A stretch of DNA of 63,863 nucleotides, counting the filler, from Octopus bimaculoides (Eukaryota): the NCBI RefSeq assembly GCF_001194135.2. It is 6 parts of 5 records of this genome, joined end to end, with 100 filler letters (N's around TTAATTAATTAA, not from the genome) between each part and the next. Parts side by side here need not be neighbours in the genome. Positions count along the whole stretch, not along the records: positions 17,164 to 43,527 come from NC_068981.1; positions 43,628 to 51,366 come from NC_069003.1; positions 51,467 to 57,387 come from NC_069010.1; 3 more parts are not named here. The stretch is one strand, 5' to 3'. The notes beneath the pieces are model-generated. The model did not search any database. It was given only the letters and a program-made list of their open reading frames with translations, and had not been told where the DNA came from. Shown here piece by piece: positions 38,889 through 52,571 of this stretch. A program made the position numbers and the translations under genes. How positions within the stretch are numbered: the first letter of the stretch is position 1; the number at the start of each line of letters is the position of its first letter.

Positions 38889-41447
38889 AAGAGAGAGAGG
38901 GGAGACAGAGAGAAAGAGAGAGTTATACAAATACTGTTCAGCGATTCTAATGTTGGCTTTCTTTGAAGTAATGAGGAAAATGTTGCTTGAAGGAAATTAG
39001 AGAAAACTAACAACTAAAATTTAAGACAATTGAGATCGAATCAGTCCAGAAAAGCAATAAAATTGGATTAAGGAATAATAAATATAAAGTAAATAAAATA
39101 GCAAATATTATACAGATGAGAAATTACGAGGTAAATCTGGAACGAAAAGGAAAGAATACAACAACAAATATATAAAGTAAACAAACATATTAATAGCAAT
39201 AGAATCATATAGAAATGCAGGGATAAGCAAAACTAAAAAGATGTAGATAAGCAAAAAGAAAGACGAGAAGACCAACCAGAAAAAAATAAATAGTTTACAA
39301 TGAATTAGAAGAAATCGTTATAAAGAGATTTAGGAGAAAGAGAAATAAACAAGGTATGAACAACGAATAATAACACCAGAAAAAATATTTTGGAAACAAA
39401 TGAATGAAATAAGAGAAAATGAAACAAAGAAACAAACGAAGAGCGCAAAGAAAAAAAACGTAAACGCTAGAAAGACACAAAAATAATGGTGGAAAAGAAA
39501 TGAAAGAAACCAAGACAAAAATAAAGAAATAGAGACAGACAGAATGACATAAAGAATTCAAGAAAAAATATGACAGAAAGAGAGAGAGAATAAGAGAAAA
39601 AAAGAGAGATTGAAAAAGAGAGAGAGAGAAAGACAGCCGGAGACGCAGATGGTGAAAAAGCGTGGTTGGAGGGAGAGAAGATTTCCTCGAGAAATAAATG
39701 GAAATCAGAGGTTGTATTAGCAGGTTGTCTTGAAGAAATGCCTAAGAAGAAATTGAAATAAAATAAAAATGGTAAAATGATGGAATAAAGAAAAATTATG
39801 AAANNNNNNNNNNNNNNNNNNNNNNNNNNNNNNNNNNNNNNNNNNNNNNNNNNNNNNNNNNNNNNNNNNNNNNNNNNNNNNNNNNNNNNNNNNNNNNNNN
39901 NNNNNNNNNNNNNNNNNNNNNNNNNNNNNNNNNNNNNNNNNNNNNNNNNNNNNNNNNNNNNNNNNNNNNNNNNNNNNNNNNNNNNNNNNNNNNNNNNNNN
40001 NNNNNNNNNNNNNNNNNNNNNNNNNNNNNNNNNNNNNNNNNNNNNNNNNNNNNNNNNNNNNNNNNNNNNNNNNNNNNNNNNNNNNNNNNNNNNNNNNNNN
40101 NNNNNNNNNNNNNNNNNNNNNNNNNNNNNNNNNNNNNNNNNNNNNNNNNNNNNNNNNNNNNNNNNNNNNNNNNNNNNNNNNNNNNNNNNNNNNNNNNNNN
40201 NNNNNNACATGCATACATTCAAACACACATATATACATACATAAATATGTTTACATGCATACACACATGTATGCATGCATACATATATGCATACATACAT
40301 AAAATGCAAAAACAGAGAGATGTGTAAAGAGAGGGTGTGAAACGAAATAGTCAGATATACTTAGATAGATAGGAAATCAAGGAAATAAGAAAGTGAGACA
40401 GAAAGACAGAGACAGAGAGATAGAGAGACAGAGAGAGGGACAGAGAAGTAGTGAGGTGGGAGTGTATACATTTATATTGCTATATATATGCACACAAATA
40501 AAAATGAGCATATATGTGTGTATACATAAAAGAGCATGCAGGCGAAGGCCTACAGACACAAAGAGAGGGAAACAGAGTGAGCACAAAGAGAGAAAGAAAT
40601 AGAAAGGAAGTAGATACAGTAAGAACGATATATGCACTTTGATGTATATAAGCATATATATAAATGCGTATATACATATATATACATTCACATATACATA
40701 AGGAGGAAGAGATTTAGATAGTAGGAGGCAAAAGGGAATAGAGAGAGGTAAAGAGTAAGAGCGATAGAGATGTATTACGAGACACAGAGGTCTTATCAAA
40801 CATGCAAACTTAAACGAGGGTTTATATATANNNNNNNNNNATGTGTGTGTGTGTGTGTGTGTGTGTACAAACACGCGTGCACACACGCTTAGACACACAC
40901 ACACGGGCACACATGGTCTTGGAGGCAAAGTGAGTGAAATAGAAGAGGCGGGAGAGAGAGAAGAAAGTATAAAAGATGAATAGAAACTATTAAAAAGTGC
41001 CTTCGGAAGAAACATAATGTTAAGATGGTCGATGGATTTTTATGCTCTTCTTTTCATTATCTTACTTTTCTCCACCAAAATCGATAAGTTCATAATTTTT
41101 CTAAAATCACAAAACTGATAAGTCAGTCGAAATTTTGATTTCTGTTTGTTTCTAAAGATTTCTATTATTTCCATTGTCAAATCTTCACTTTATAGTTTCT
41201 TCCACATGCTCTCTTTCACATATATCTCTGTGTGTGTGTGTGTGAGAGAGAGAGAGAGCATACACTCGTACAAACGCGAAGACGTATGCATGCACGCACA
41301 CACTGATGCGCACATATATATGTATGAGCGTGCATGTGTGCATGTGTATGTATCCGTGTGTGTATGCATGCCTGTGTGTGTATATGTGTGTGTGTGTTTG
41401 AAAATATACAGCTATTTACATTCAAAATTCTCTGAGTAGAGGATACG

Positions 41448-41495
41448 CCTTCTCTCTGATGAGGAGCAATAATGCTGAAACTTATGTCCAAGTGT
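41448..41495 (+). ncRNA. Decayed type I hammerhead motif
   Basis: CTGATGA-GG-AGCA(ATAA)TGCT-GAAAC(TTAT)GTC; stem I weak. Confidence 0.45.
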
Positions 41496-41606
41496 GTTTC
41501 CGATTGATACGATGTTTTTCCGATTGATACGATGTTTTTCATTAAAGTTATACACAATGAACCTGTTTCAGGTATACTTAATTATGCTATGCTCTCTCTT
41601 TCTTTT

Positions 41607-41680
<74 letters not shown>

Positions 41681-42052
41681 NNNNNNNNNNNNNNNNNNNN
41701 NNNNNNNNNNNNNNNNNNNNNNNNNNNNNNNNNNNNNNNNNNNNNNNNNNNNNNNNNNNNNNNNNNNNNNNNNNNNNNNNNNNNNNNNNNNNNNNNNNNN
41801 NNNNNNNNNNNNNNNNNNNNNNNNNNNNNNNNNNNNNNNNNNNNNNNNNNNNNNNNNNNNNNNNNNNNNNNNNNNNNNNNNNNNNNNNNNNNNNNNNNNN
41901 NNNNNNNNNNNNNNNNNNNNNNNNNNNNNNNNNNNNNNNNNNNNNNNNNNNNNNNNNNNATATATATAAGGCAATTTATAACAATATCTCCATACAGCCA
42001 TTTATGAAATATTACTTACACAGAAAGCATGACATGCTTTTACATATATATA

Positions 42053-42911
42053 CAGGATGCGATCGGTAAATTATCCCCATTTTATATTTTTAATTTTGCG
42101 CATGCACATTGTTTTTTATTTACATAGTATTGTAGGGTCAGTTGGGCACCATCTGTGAGAAAACTAGGCACCATGACACAATTCACTCTGTCAGAAATTT
42201 GGAAATGTCATGCTGTATTACTCGCCATTCACGCTGAAAGCTCCAACACTAACATTTCAGGATGCTTGGTTGTCAATCTGAAGACAGTGCAATATGGGGA
42301 CATGTACCGAGAGTGATAAAAATCAAGCATCCCGTCAACATCATCGTGTTTGGAGTGATCGCTGTGATGGTGACGTTATACCTCCATTAATCGTCTCACA
42401 TGGCCTCAGACTCAATACGAAGGTTTACATTAAATGCCTCGAGGAGGTAGTGCTGCTCTGTGTGAAGAGGGTGGCTGCTGGAAGACCCTATATCTGGCTA
42501 CGGGACTCTGCACTATGCCACACAAGCAGGATAAGCCCAGTCGTGGTTCTCAGACAATTTCTACGATCATATCACCCCTAACACCTGGCCACCTAACTCC
42601 CCAGACTGCAACCCTATTGATTATTATGTGTGGGGCGCGGATGAACGAACGACCAAAACAACTTCTTGCAACACCAAAGGTGAACTGAAGGCAAAGATTA
42701 TCGTAGCATTCATAAACTTAAACAAGGAGACAGTCCTGAAGAGTTGCAGAAGATTCCGAAGTCGTCTGAAGGCCATAGTTGAAGTCAATGGCGATTTTAT
42801 TGAATAAATTTGGTTTTTAGTATTTCAAGATGATTTTTATGTAATTTTGGTAAAATGTCAGTGTTATTTTCCTTTTTGAGTAATTTACACGACAGTTTAT
42901 TCACTGCACCT

Positions 42912-42913
<2 letters not shown>
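42053..42913 (+). mobile_element. Internally deleted maT (DD37D-like) Tc1/mariner element
   Basis: VFGVI..DGDVIPPLIVSHGLRLNTKVYIKCLEEVV...AAGRPYIWLRDSALCHTS, NSPDCNPIDY, and RFRSRLKAIVEVNGDFIE*; TA flanks, weak TIRs. Confidence 0.88.
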
Positions 42914-42942
<29 letters not shown>

Positions 42943-42943
<1 letters not shown>

Positions 42944-43090
42944 CGACGGGCTTCTTTCAGTTTCGGTCTATCAAATCCACTGTGGTCGTCCCGAGGTCTT
43001 ATTAAAAGAAACTTGTCCAAGGTGCCACACACAGGGACTGAACCCAGGATCATGTGGTGGGGAAGCAAGCTTCTTACCACACAGCTACAC
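42943..43090 (-). mobile_element. SINE 5' half
   Basis: Matches the head of 9200-9588. Confidence 0.75.
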
Positions 43091-43490
43091 CTTCACCTAT
43101 ATATTAATATATATATAGTACCTAATTTCCTACGCGATGGAATAGGATATCATTTTCAAATCTGGATGTTTATTGGTGTTATACAATTAAAAGCACGTAT
43201 TAAATATAGTGATTTATTTACAGAGAAGAGGTACATGTACTTTAAACCGGTACGATTGTCAAACTGAAACAGATGCACAGGCAGATTCCCAATATTATTT
43301 CTGTTTATTTAAGACAAAAAAAAAAAACAATATTATTACTTCGTCTCTATCTCCATAGCTAAGGTCTTCAAATGAAGGGGTGCGGAGTTTTCTTAGTTTT
43401 ACACGCTTCAGTTATTCTGATATACAGTTATGTGTGCTCGTGGTTGTATGTTTTTTTTTATATTGGTGTCTATACATACACACACACACG

Positions 43491-43527
<37 letters not shown>

Positions 43528-43627
43528 NNNNNNNNNNNNNNNNNNNNNNNNNNNNNNNNNNNNNNNNNNNNTTAATTAATTAANNNNNNNNNNNNNNNNN
43601 NNNNNNNNNNNNNNNNNNNNNNNNNNN

Positions 43628-43700
<73 letters not shown>

Positions 43701-44225
43701 TATATATATATATATATCTATATAAATGTATAGATAGATATATAGATAGATACATATATACAGAGTATATGTATATATGTATATATTTATTATATATGTA
43801 TACATACATTCATACAAACACGCATATACACGTGCGCGCACATACACACACATATGCATATGTGTATATATATATTTATATATACATACACATACACATA
43901 CATACTTACAAATGTAAGACATAAGACTTCTTAATTTATCAATCTTAATACAAATATATATATTCATAAAATTTTATTAAAAGGTCTACTTTTTCTGGGT
44001 AGGACTACTTTCTCTGAAACTGCTTGCTTAATTTCCTAGATATCTTTAATATCTTTATGCTTTTCTCAATTATTAAAAAGCAAATAAGTAAAAATACGCA
44101 TGGGAGTGGTTATAGATAGAGAGTGACAAAATCCAAAACAAAACTGAGAGAGAGAGAGCGGAGAGAGCGTGAGGAAAAGAAACAGAGAGAGGGAACGAGA
44201 TGGGATTAAATAGATAGATAGACAG

Positions 44226-44258
<33 letters not shown>

Positions 44259-44268
44259 NNNNNNNNNN

Positions 44269-44303
<35 letters not shown>

Positions 44304-44527
44304 GAGTGAGAGTGAAAGAGAGAGAGATAGAGGGATAATGTGCTTATGAAGGTCACATAACTATTCTACATAGGGTCCTATCGAAATTGACAATTAACAG
44401 GCCGAAAAAAGCAATGAACTCCTTCATTTTTTACATATATTTATGCCGTTTTCCATGGTAATGCTTTCTGTATACACATAAAACTAAATGATACCGAAAT
44501 AAAAGTGCACTTTTGTACTTCGTTTTT

Positions 44528-44566
44528 AAAGCTCTGATGAAGCCATAGGGTGATACTCAAGCACTG
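44528..44566 (+). ncRNA. Highly decayed hammerhead-like motif
   Basis: CTGATGA-A-GCC(ATAG)GGT-GATAC(TCAA)GCA; GAAA and GUH both mutated. Confidence 0.2.
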
Positions 44567-44831
44567 AACTATGAGTGCATTGCATCTCATAACAGAAACA
44601 TCTTATAACATCTTATAGCAGTAAGCTAATGACGCTCATGATATAATTTCTTATTCCCTAGTCATTTCCATTATATATGTATATGTATATGTGTATGTAT
44701 ATGTATATGTATATGTATATCTATCTATCTANNNNNNNNNNNNNNNNNNNNNNNNNNNNNNNNNNNNNNNNNNNNNNNNNNNNNNNNNNNNNNNNNNNNN
44801 NNNNNNNNNNNNNNNNNNNNNNNNNNNNNNN

Positions 44832-45290
44832 TGCTGTTGCAGGCAGAGCGTTTGATGCCTTTCTCAACCGTGCCTCACTTATTGTAATCCATGGGATTAC
44901 AATCGGGAGAATCAGGAAGCTACAAACTGGTGCTGGTGAAGTCGTAGAAATTGTCCAACAACTATTTCTGATTCTTTCCGGGCGGTACGGAGACAAGCCA
45001 AATCCTACTGCCACACATATGACCTTCCAGCAGCAACCTTCGCCAACCAGGGATTGACTACAATCTCCAAGAGCTTCACGCAGTTGCCTGAATTGAGCGT
45101 AAGGCTCTGTTCATTACTTGTTGGATGAATTCCGGCTTGGGGACGCAGTTAGAACGTCCGCTGTATTCTTTCCTGCTGGCCACGGTTTTTGTAGTCTCAG
45201 TTGCACCGGTCCATGACTCGTCTTACTGCTTTACAGTGTTTATAGAGCATTGAGCAACTATCATGATATCGGTATTTTGATATCCGGCGC
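44832..45290 (-). mobile_element. Second maT-like transposase fragment
   Basis: LTLNSGNCVKLLEIVVNPWLAKVAAGRSYVWQ and DSPDCNPMDY...GTVEKGIKRSACN on the minus strand. Confidence 0.8.
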
Positions 45291-46761
45291 ATATCACAGT
45301 GAAACTGGTAGCGCTTTTCCAATATTCAGATACTTTCCATTCTCCATGTCAGCTAACCTTTTCCCAGATACAACTTGAATATTTATACTCTCCAACGCCG
45401 TTGACTGTTCATCAATGCATAAAGCTGTTCCTGGAAAAAAAGGAGCAAAAACATCGTCAAATTTAGCCCGAACACCGAACACACACACACACGCACACAC
45501 ATACATACACACACACATACGCACACATATGCATACATGCATGTCTTTATAAGTATATGTGTAAGCAAGACTAACACAATTTGGGTTTAAAATTTACGAC
45601 AGCTGTTTCCGTATAACTTTATTGATGTATTCATAGATTACAACATAGCATAAATCCGCAATCTCCTGGTAATATTTTAAAGAGGTATTAACAGGCAAGA
45701 TAAGATCTTGATGATGACATATCCAACAGCTACCGGAAAATTGATATTTTAAAAAGAAAATCAGAAGTATAACGAGAAGCAAGGAGATGAAACGACTCTA
45801 TTATTTCAAGCAGTTAACTTAATTGGTTCTAACTTGCTATGAGGAAGTGCAAGAAGCATAAAGAAGCTGTAGCTAAGATAGGGAATTAAAACTAGGAAGG
45901 TATCATGGCGGTTATGTGGGATGAAAGAAAGCAGACCTCGGGCAGCGGAAAGTCATAAAACTGTCAACACCATTGCGCGCTCGTACACACACGCACGTAC
46001 AGACAAATACATTCATGCACACTTATACATATGTTTACACCCCCCACACAAGCACACACACATATGTACACACATATAGACATATATAAACACACATGCA
46101 TATACACACACATATACATACACACACGCACACACACACATATATATGCATTCACACACACACACACATATATATATATATACACATAACCATGCATATG
46201 TATATACGCACATATGCATACATACACACACATATACATATATATACACGCATATATATATACATATACACTAAGACGCACATACGTATACTCGCACATG
46301 CTTGTGCTCGCATACGCAAACATGTACGCGTATATATAGACACACACTAACCACCATGTGTTTATATACTTATATAAAATATAAAGATATGAACCAAATG
46401 ATATAATATAAAGAAAGAAATATAAGGAAGATATATAAGAAATCGTAGACGGAGAGCTAATTTTACCTGAAGATATTGGATTATGCTATGATGTACTCTA
46501 TGAATACATAAATAAAGTTCGACTGAAACAATTATCGTAGACTTAAACCCGATTTGTGTTTCCCATTTAAATACCTACGCTGCATTTGGAACCAATGCTG
46601 AGTCGGATCTACGCTTTGAATTGGCTTTGGTACTTACATATCTGCAATATCCTAGAAACAACATGATACCTTTATGGCTGTTTTACCTCATTTTGAACCT
46701 TATGTTCTGGCGTCCTACGTGTTGTTGTGCCAGGATTCTAATGAATCCTATGACTAGTCGC

Positions 46762-46793
<32 letters not shown>

Positions 46794-46859
46794 TGTATGT
46801 ATGTATGTATGTATGTATGTATGTATGTATGTATGTACGTACGTACGTATACATATAAC

Positions 46860-46975
46860 AAAAGACGAAACAGGTGTAGGAACAACAAGCAGGTGTATTA
46901 GTTTAATGCTCGGGAAGAATGGTAGTCTTTCATGTTCAGAGCCTACGCTCCTCGACAGATAGGATTAAGAGAAAG
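46860..46975 (-). mobile_element. PLE terminal-repeat-like fragment (U6 hammerhead family), copy 3, decayed
   Basis: CTGTCGA-G-GAGC(GTAG)GCTC-TGAACATG-AAAGAC plus flanks homologous to 3370-3520. Confidence 0.6.
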
Positions 46976-47261
46976 AAAAAAGGAGAGAGAAAATAATTTA
47001 TATATATATATATGCGTGTGTGTGTATATATATATATGTGTGTGGGTGTGGGTGTGTGTGGGTGTACGTGGGTGTGTGTGGGTGTGTGTGGGTGTGTGTG
47101 GGTGTGTGTGGGTGGGTGTGTGTTAATATTTGTTTATATGTTGATTTATGATGAAAGCCATTTTACATTAATATAATGGGTTGCTCTGTACTTTTGTAGA
47201 GTACAAATTTATTATTTATTATTCTTATAAGAGAATGTTGTTGACAGGTGACAGAACTCTT

Positions 47262-47314
47262 ATACATGACAGTCTGATGACGGCTTAGCTGGCCGAAACT
47301 TGGATATCACTATG
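47262..47314 (+). ncRNA. Near-canonical type I hammerhead motif
   Basis: CAT-GAC-AGT-CTGATGA-C-GGCT(TAGCT)GGCC-GAAAC(TTGGAT)ATC|ACT-ATG; one C/A mismatch in stem III. Confidence 0.5.
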
Positions 47315-47338
47315 AACAGCGTTCTTGTGCAAGAATAA

Positions 47339-47371
<33 letters not shown>

Positions 47372-47372
47372 G

Positions 47373-47451
<79 letters not shown>

Positions 47452-47464
47452 GTCTGTCTATCTG

Positions 47465-47527
<63 letters not shown>

Positions 47528-47568
47528 GTCTGTCTGTCTATCTGTCTGTCTGTCTATCTGTCTGTCTA

Positions 47569-47605
<37 letters not shown>
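47339..47605. repeat. (TCTA)n/(TCTG)n compound microsatellite
   Basis: Directly visible. Confidence 0.97.
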
Positions 47606-48317
47606 TTACGTACACATATATACTGCCCCCCTCACAAATAGCTATCAAATCAGTGTTTACTGAGAAATATATGTAGTTTTAAATTACAATAACTCACTCT
47701 ACTTCGATCGGAGATTCAACTTTCAGTGGAAAGGTAAATTCCAAAATGCATTGAAAGATGTAGTTTTAGTAAATATAACAAAACAATCACTTAAACCATA
47801 AAAATCAATTCATCAAACACTTGTGGGACTCTTTTAATTTAGCACTATGTTAATAGTTTTATATCTGTGTCTTGAGTGTTTGAGAGAAATCATTTAATGG
47901 CTGTTAATCAATCAATCTCTCTCTCCTTTTCTCTTTATGTTCCTCACTCTGTATTCCTATATCATTCTCTCTGTCTCTCTCTCTCTTTCTCTCTGGTTCG
48001 GTTACATAACATACACTCATATGTCACTTTTCTTTTATTAATAGCAGAGAGAATGTCTTTTCACACACACGTACACACACATATAAAATAAATGACAGAG
48101 ACGGAAAATGGAATGCACGAGAAACTTAATTGGTCATTTCCCGTGTATTCAATTCTCCGCCTCTATCATTTGTTATACACTCAACGTACACGGAGGAATT
48201 CCCGAGGTAGATCCAGCGACAATCGTCTAATTACTGTGTATAATGTCAGGTAGCCATAGGCATGAACGTGCTTTATATGCGTACTATTAGAAACACACAC
48301 ACACACACACACATAAA

Positions 48318-48478
48318 AGAAGTGGCTGTGTGGTAAGAAGCTGTTTTCCCAACCATATTGTTCCGGGTTCAGTCCCACTGCGTGTTACCTTGGGTAAGTG
48401 TCTTCTACTATAGCCTTGGGCCGACCAAAGCCTTGTGAGTGGATTTGGCAGACGGAAACTGAAAGAAGCCCATCGTAT
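48318..48478 (+). mobile_element. SINE 5' half
   Basis: GAAGTGGCTGTGTGGTAAG...GTTCCGGGTTCAGTCCC...GAAAGAAGCCCATCG. Confidence 0.82.
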
Positions 48479-48482
48479 ATAT

Positions 48483-48640
48483 GTCGCGTATTATCCTTGC
48501 CTTCGAACGCGGAGTAATGGAACAGGGACAACTGACGAAGGGGTATACTCTTTATGTTGCATGTCTGGTTTCTCTGTTTGTTTTTTTCGTTGTTGGAAAA
48601 AAGTTCGTTTTCTGTTTTCGTTTTTATGTTTTCGTTTCTC
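48483..48640 (+). mobile_element. Permuted-hammerhead repeat, copy C
   Basis: GTCGCGTA|TTATCCTTG-CCTTC-GAA-C-GCGGA-GTAATGGAA-CAGGGACAA-CTGACGA-AGGGG; one A lost from GAAA. Confidence 0.78.
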
Positions 48641-48659
48641 ATAATAAAAAGTCCACCTC

Positions 48660-49988
48660 ATCAAAACAAAAATATAACGAAAATTACATCCAATATGGTT
48701 TTATATTATCGGTAAAAGACAACTAAGTTCCTTTTTGTATGGCTTGTTTAACAACACTCTCAAATGATGCGATGGTTCCCAGGAAAATTCAACTTCCTTT
48801 AATAACAAATCATCCGCAACATAAGGACAAACCAAAAGAATACACTGAGATGCTGAAAAATAATTTAAGAATTCAATCAAAAAGCCTGAAGAAATTTCAT
48901 TCAATTCCCGAGAAAGCTCAAATCGCTAATTACAAGATTGCCCAGTCTTTGGCAAAAAAGGAAAAAAAAACACATTCTGATGCTGAAAACATTATTTTAC
49001 CAGACTTGGAGATCACCGTTGGCTCAATGATTAGTGATGAAGCTGTCAAACAGATTTTTCTGCCTACACGTTTTCTCGTAAAATTCAAGACATTTCGCGA
49101 GACATTGCTGATCAGCTCCACGAACATTTCACTGAGCAATAATTGAACTCGAAAGCTTGTGGGCCCCACAAATCAATGAAAGTACAGACATCAGTAACAA
49201 AGTTCAACTAATTTCATTTCTGCGAATCATCAGAGGAGGTGAAATAATAAGTCAGTTTTTCTTTTGTTGTGAACTGAAGTAAAGAACAACAGGAGAAAAT
49301 GTCTTTAAACCTGGTAAATCAAAATGTCGTACTGAGAGTGATGCAGTGGCTAATTTGTATTAGCGTTTGCACTGATGGCGCTGCATCCATGCAAGGTCGA
49401 AAAAAGGCTTAGTGGTTCATATATTATTTAAAAAATCCATAAGTTAAAATTGTGCATTGCATAATTCACCACGAAGTTTTGGTGTCAAAAATCTGTATCT
49501 ACCTGATGGTCTCCCGAAGACGATGGACAACGTTGTTTAAGTGGTGAATTGCGTAAAATCGCATTCTCTACGGTGCAGACTTTTTGCATCTTTATGTGAA
49601 ACTATGGATTCTGATTTTAAGTGTTTACTGCTTTATACAGAAGTGCGATGGCTCTCGAAAGGAAAAGTGCTCTCTCGATTTATCACTTTGCGAACTGAAA
49701 TAATATTTTTCTTCGATGCTGAAAACTCTGGATTTGAATTTCTTAACGATGATAATTGGTGGCTGGAAGTAGCATTTCTCATCGATCTTTTTGAGAAGTT
49801 GAACGTTTTAAATTTGAATCTGCAAGGAGCGGACGAAAATATTATTACAATTACAGGTAAATTAAAGTCTTTCACCGACAAGTTAGAACTGTGGATAAGG
49901 AAAGTTAAAAATACGCAGCTTGATTTATTTCCAGGCGTAGAGGCTTTGCCAAACAAATTTGAAATTTTGTCAGAAGTGCAGAAGACAG
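48660..49988 (+). mobile_element. Buster/ZBED5-like hAT transposase pseudogene (runs into gap)
   Basis: BED-finger remnant (KYNENYIQYGF...CMACLTTLSNDAM), KTHSDAENIILP, CTDGAASMQG, HCIIHHE, and a long open frame LLYTEVRWLSKGKVLSRF...LAFLIDLF-like...LNLNLQG. Confidence 0.9.
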
Positions 49989-50923
49989 NNNNNNNNNNNN
50001 NNNNNNNNNNNNNNNNNNNNNNNNNNNNNNNNNNNNNNNNNNNNNNNNNNNNNNNNNNNNNNNNNNNNNNNNNNNNNNNNNNNNNNNNNNNNNNNNNNNN
50101 NNNNNNNNNNNNNNNNNNNNNNNNNNNNNNNNNNNNNNNNNNNNNNNNNNNNNNNNNNNNNNNNNNNNNNNNNNNNNNNNNNNNNNNNNNNNNNNNNNNN
50201 NNNNNNNNNNNNNNNNNNNNNNNNNNNNNNNNNNNNNNNNNNNNNNNNTAAGTCACGACTTTCCCTCATCACTCTCGCTGTCATGAATTCAGTGAACCAG
50301 ATACTGCTCCGTTCCGGTTCATCTTTATGCAACAACACTAACGTTGACCAATGAAGATATAATAGAAAATACAGAAATAAATAAATGAATAAAACGAAAC
50401 TAATACATAACTGAGAAACATCTCGGGTGAAATCATGGCGGAACGTGACTAGATTATTGTCTGCTATTCTTTTATTCTTTTATTCTTTTATTCTTTTATT
50501 CTTTTACTTGTTTCAGTCTTTCGACTGCGGCTATGCTGGAGTACCGCCTTAATAGTTTTTGCGTGTGTATACTTGCGCACGCGCGCGTGCGTATGCGCAT
50601 GTGCACGCACATGTGTGTGCGCGCGCACACTGGTATGCAGGCGTACAAGCATGCGAATATACATATGTACATATGAATGAATACGCACGTGTGTGTATGC
50701 GTGTATGTATGTGCATGTATGGGTAAGCGTGTGTGTGTGTGTGTGTGTGCACGCGAGCATGCATGTTCGTCCAAGCGCGCGCGTCTGCAGAAGTTATTGT
50801 AAAGACTGCGTGTAAACAGGTGTTAAAAACGTAGCAATATCATTTCAACGGTGAGCATTCCTCAATAATGAAGGAACGTTCCAGATATGCTGATAGAAAA
50901 AAAAAACCCATGACAAGGATGAT

Positions 50924-50981
<58 letters not shown>

Positions 50982-51511
50982 GCAACAACAACCAATGTCG
51001 AAGTAGGATGTTGTAGTTTCTGATTACAGCTGTCATAGATTTAAGAGCTAAGAGACACCGATTTCTGCTTGGTGTCCCGTCCATCAGATGACAGTTGGGA
51101 TTCAATTCAACTTCACTGATGAAGCTTTTTTTCCATACTTTTCTCGACACGTACATACATACAAGCATATATACATACATATATAGATAAACACATACAT
51201 TCGTTCATACATAGAATATATACACATTTGTGTGTGTGTATATACTTCTTATGAAAAATAACTGACATATAAAGATGACGAAGGTGTAAGCGTTCTAGTT
51301 TAGTGGTTATTTTGTATTCTACTCGTCATGTTATATGCAGTATATATATATATATATATATATATANNNNNNNNNNNNNNNNNNNNNNNNNNNNNNNNNN
51401 NNNNNNNNNNTTAATTAATTAANNNNNNNNNNNNNNNNNNNNNNNNNNNNNNNNNNNNNNNNNNNNATGCTAGCATGGAAAGTGGACGTTAAACGATGAT
51501 GATGATGATGA

Positions 51512-51547
<36 letters not shown>

Positions 51548-51550
<3 letters not shown>

Positions 51551-51715
51551 TACGACAGGCTTCTTTCAGTTTCCGTCCACCAAATCCACTCACAAGGCTT
51601 TGGTCGGCCCGAGACTATAGTAGAAGACACTCGCCCAAGGTGCCACGCAGTGGGGCTGAACCCGAAACCATGTGGTTGGTAAGCAAGCTACTTACCACAC
51701 AGCCACTCCTGCGCC
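51548..51715 (-). mobile_element. SINE 5' half
   Basis: Near-identical to the head of 9200-9588. Confidence 0.85.
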
Positions 51716-52128
51716 TCTGTTAATTTGTACGAATAGATCCCTTAATAATAGTGCTCCAGGATGGCCACGCTCCAATGACTGAAATACATAAATGATAAAA
51801 TGTTGAAAGAGAGAGAGAGAGAGAGATCAATACATTTGTATTCCATCGTTAATTTGAGAGCTGTGATCAGTTATTGATTAGATATCAGTGCAGTTTTGTG
51901 TTTCATTGTCAGGGCCGAGAGAATCGATCAGCTATTGATAAATATCAATATATTGTATTTCATAGTGAGTTTATTGATTGAAACTGGCAGAGAGGGTCTG
52001 GGGGTGAGGGCGGGAGCAAATCAATAGAACAGGATCTTGCTAAATAGTTCCTGCATTGATTGGAAAAGTATCATCATCATCATCGTCATCACTGCCATCA
52101 AGACCAGTAGCAGCAGGTGCAGCATCGA

Positions 52129-52161
<33 letters not shown>

Positions 52162-52299
52162 TTCCATCCTCTTCCTCATCACAGTCAACATCATCATCAC
52201 CATCTAATCCCATCATCACCACCGCCGCTGCCACCGCCACCTGATTGAGGAATCAATACAATAGGATCTTATTAAATATTTTCATGAAATGATTGGAAG

Positions 52300-52330
<31 letters not shown>

Positions 52331-52571
52331 CCGTTATCCTCCTCCTCCTCCTCACCATCATCATCATCACCACCACCAGCTGCAACAGTTGTGCGTGTGG
52401 AGGGGGAATGAAAAGGATCTGCTGACATGTGTTGTTGCTGTTGTTGTTATAACTGCAGTAGTGGCTGGAGGGGGGAGGGGGTGTTTTTGCTGCGTCACTG
52501 CAGCATGATGGTTATTAAAACTTCTTGTTGATGTTGGAATGGTGGTGGTGGCCATGGTGGTGGTAGGAATT

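Noticed and set aside
52040-52555. Pro/Ser/His-rich ORFs suggesting a transcription-factor low-complexity exon
   Set aside because: Mosaic of degenerate CAT/CAC/CCT trinucleotide repeats with no flanking domain or good splice sites.
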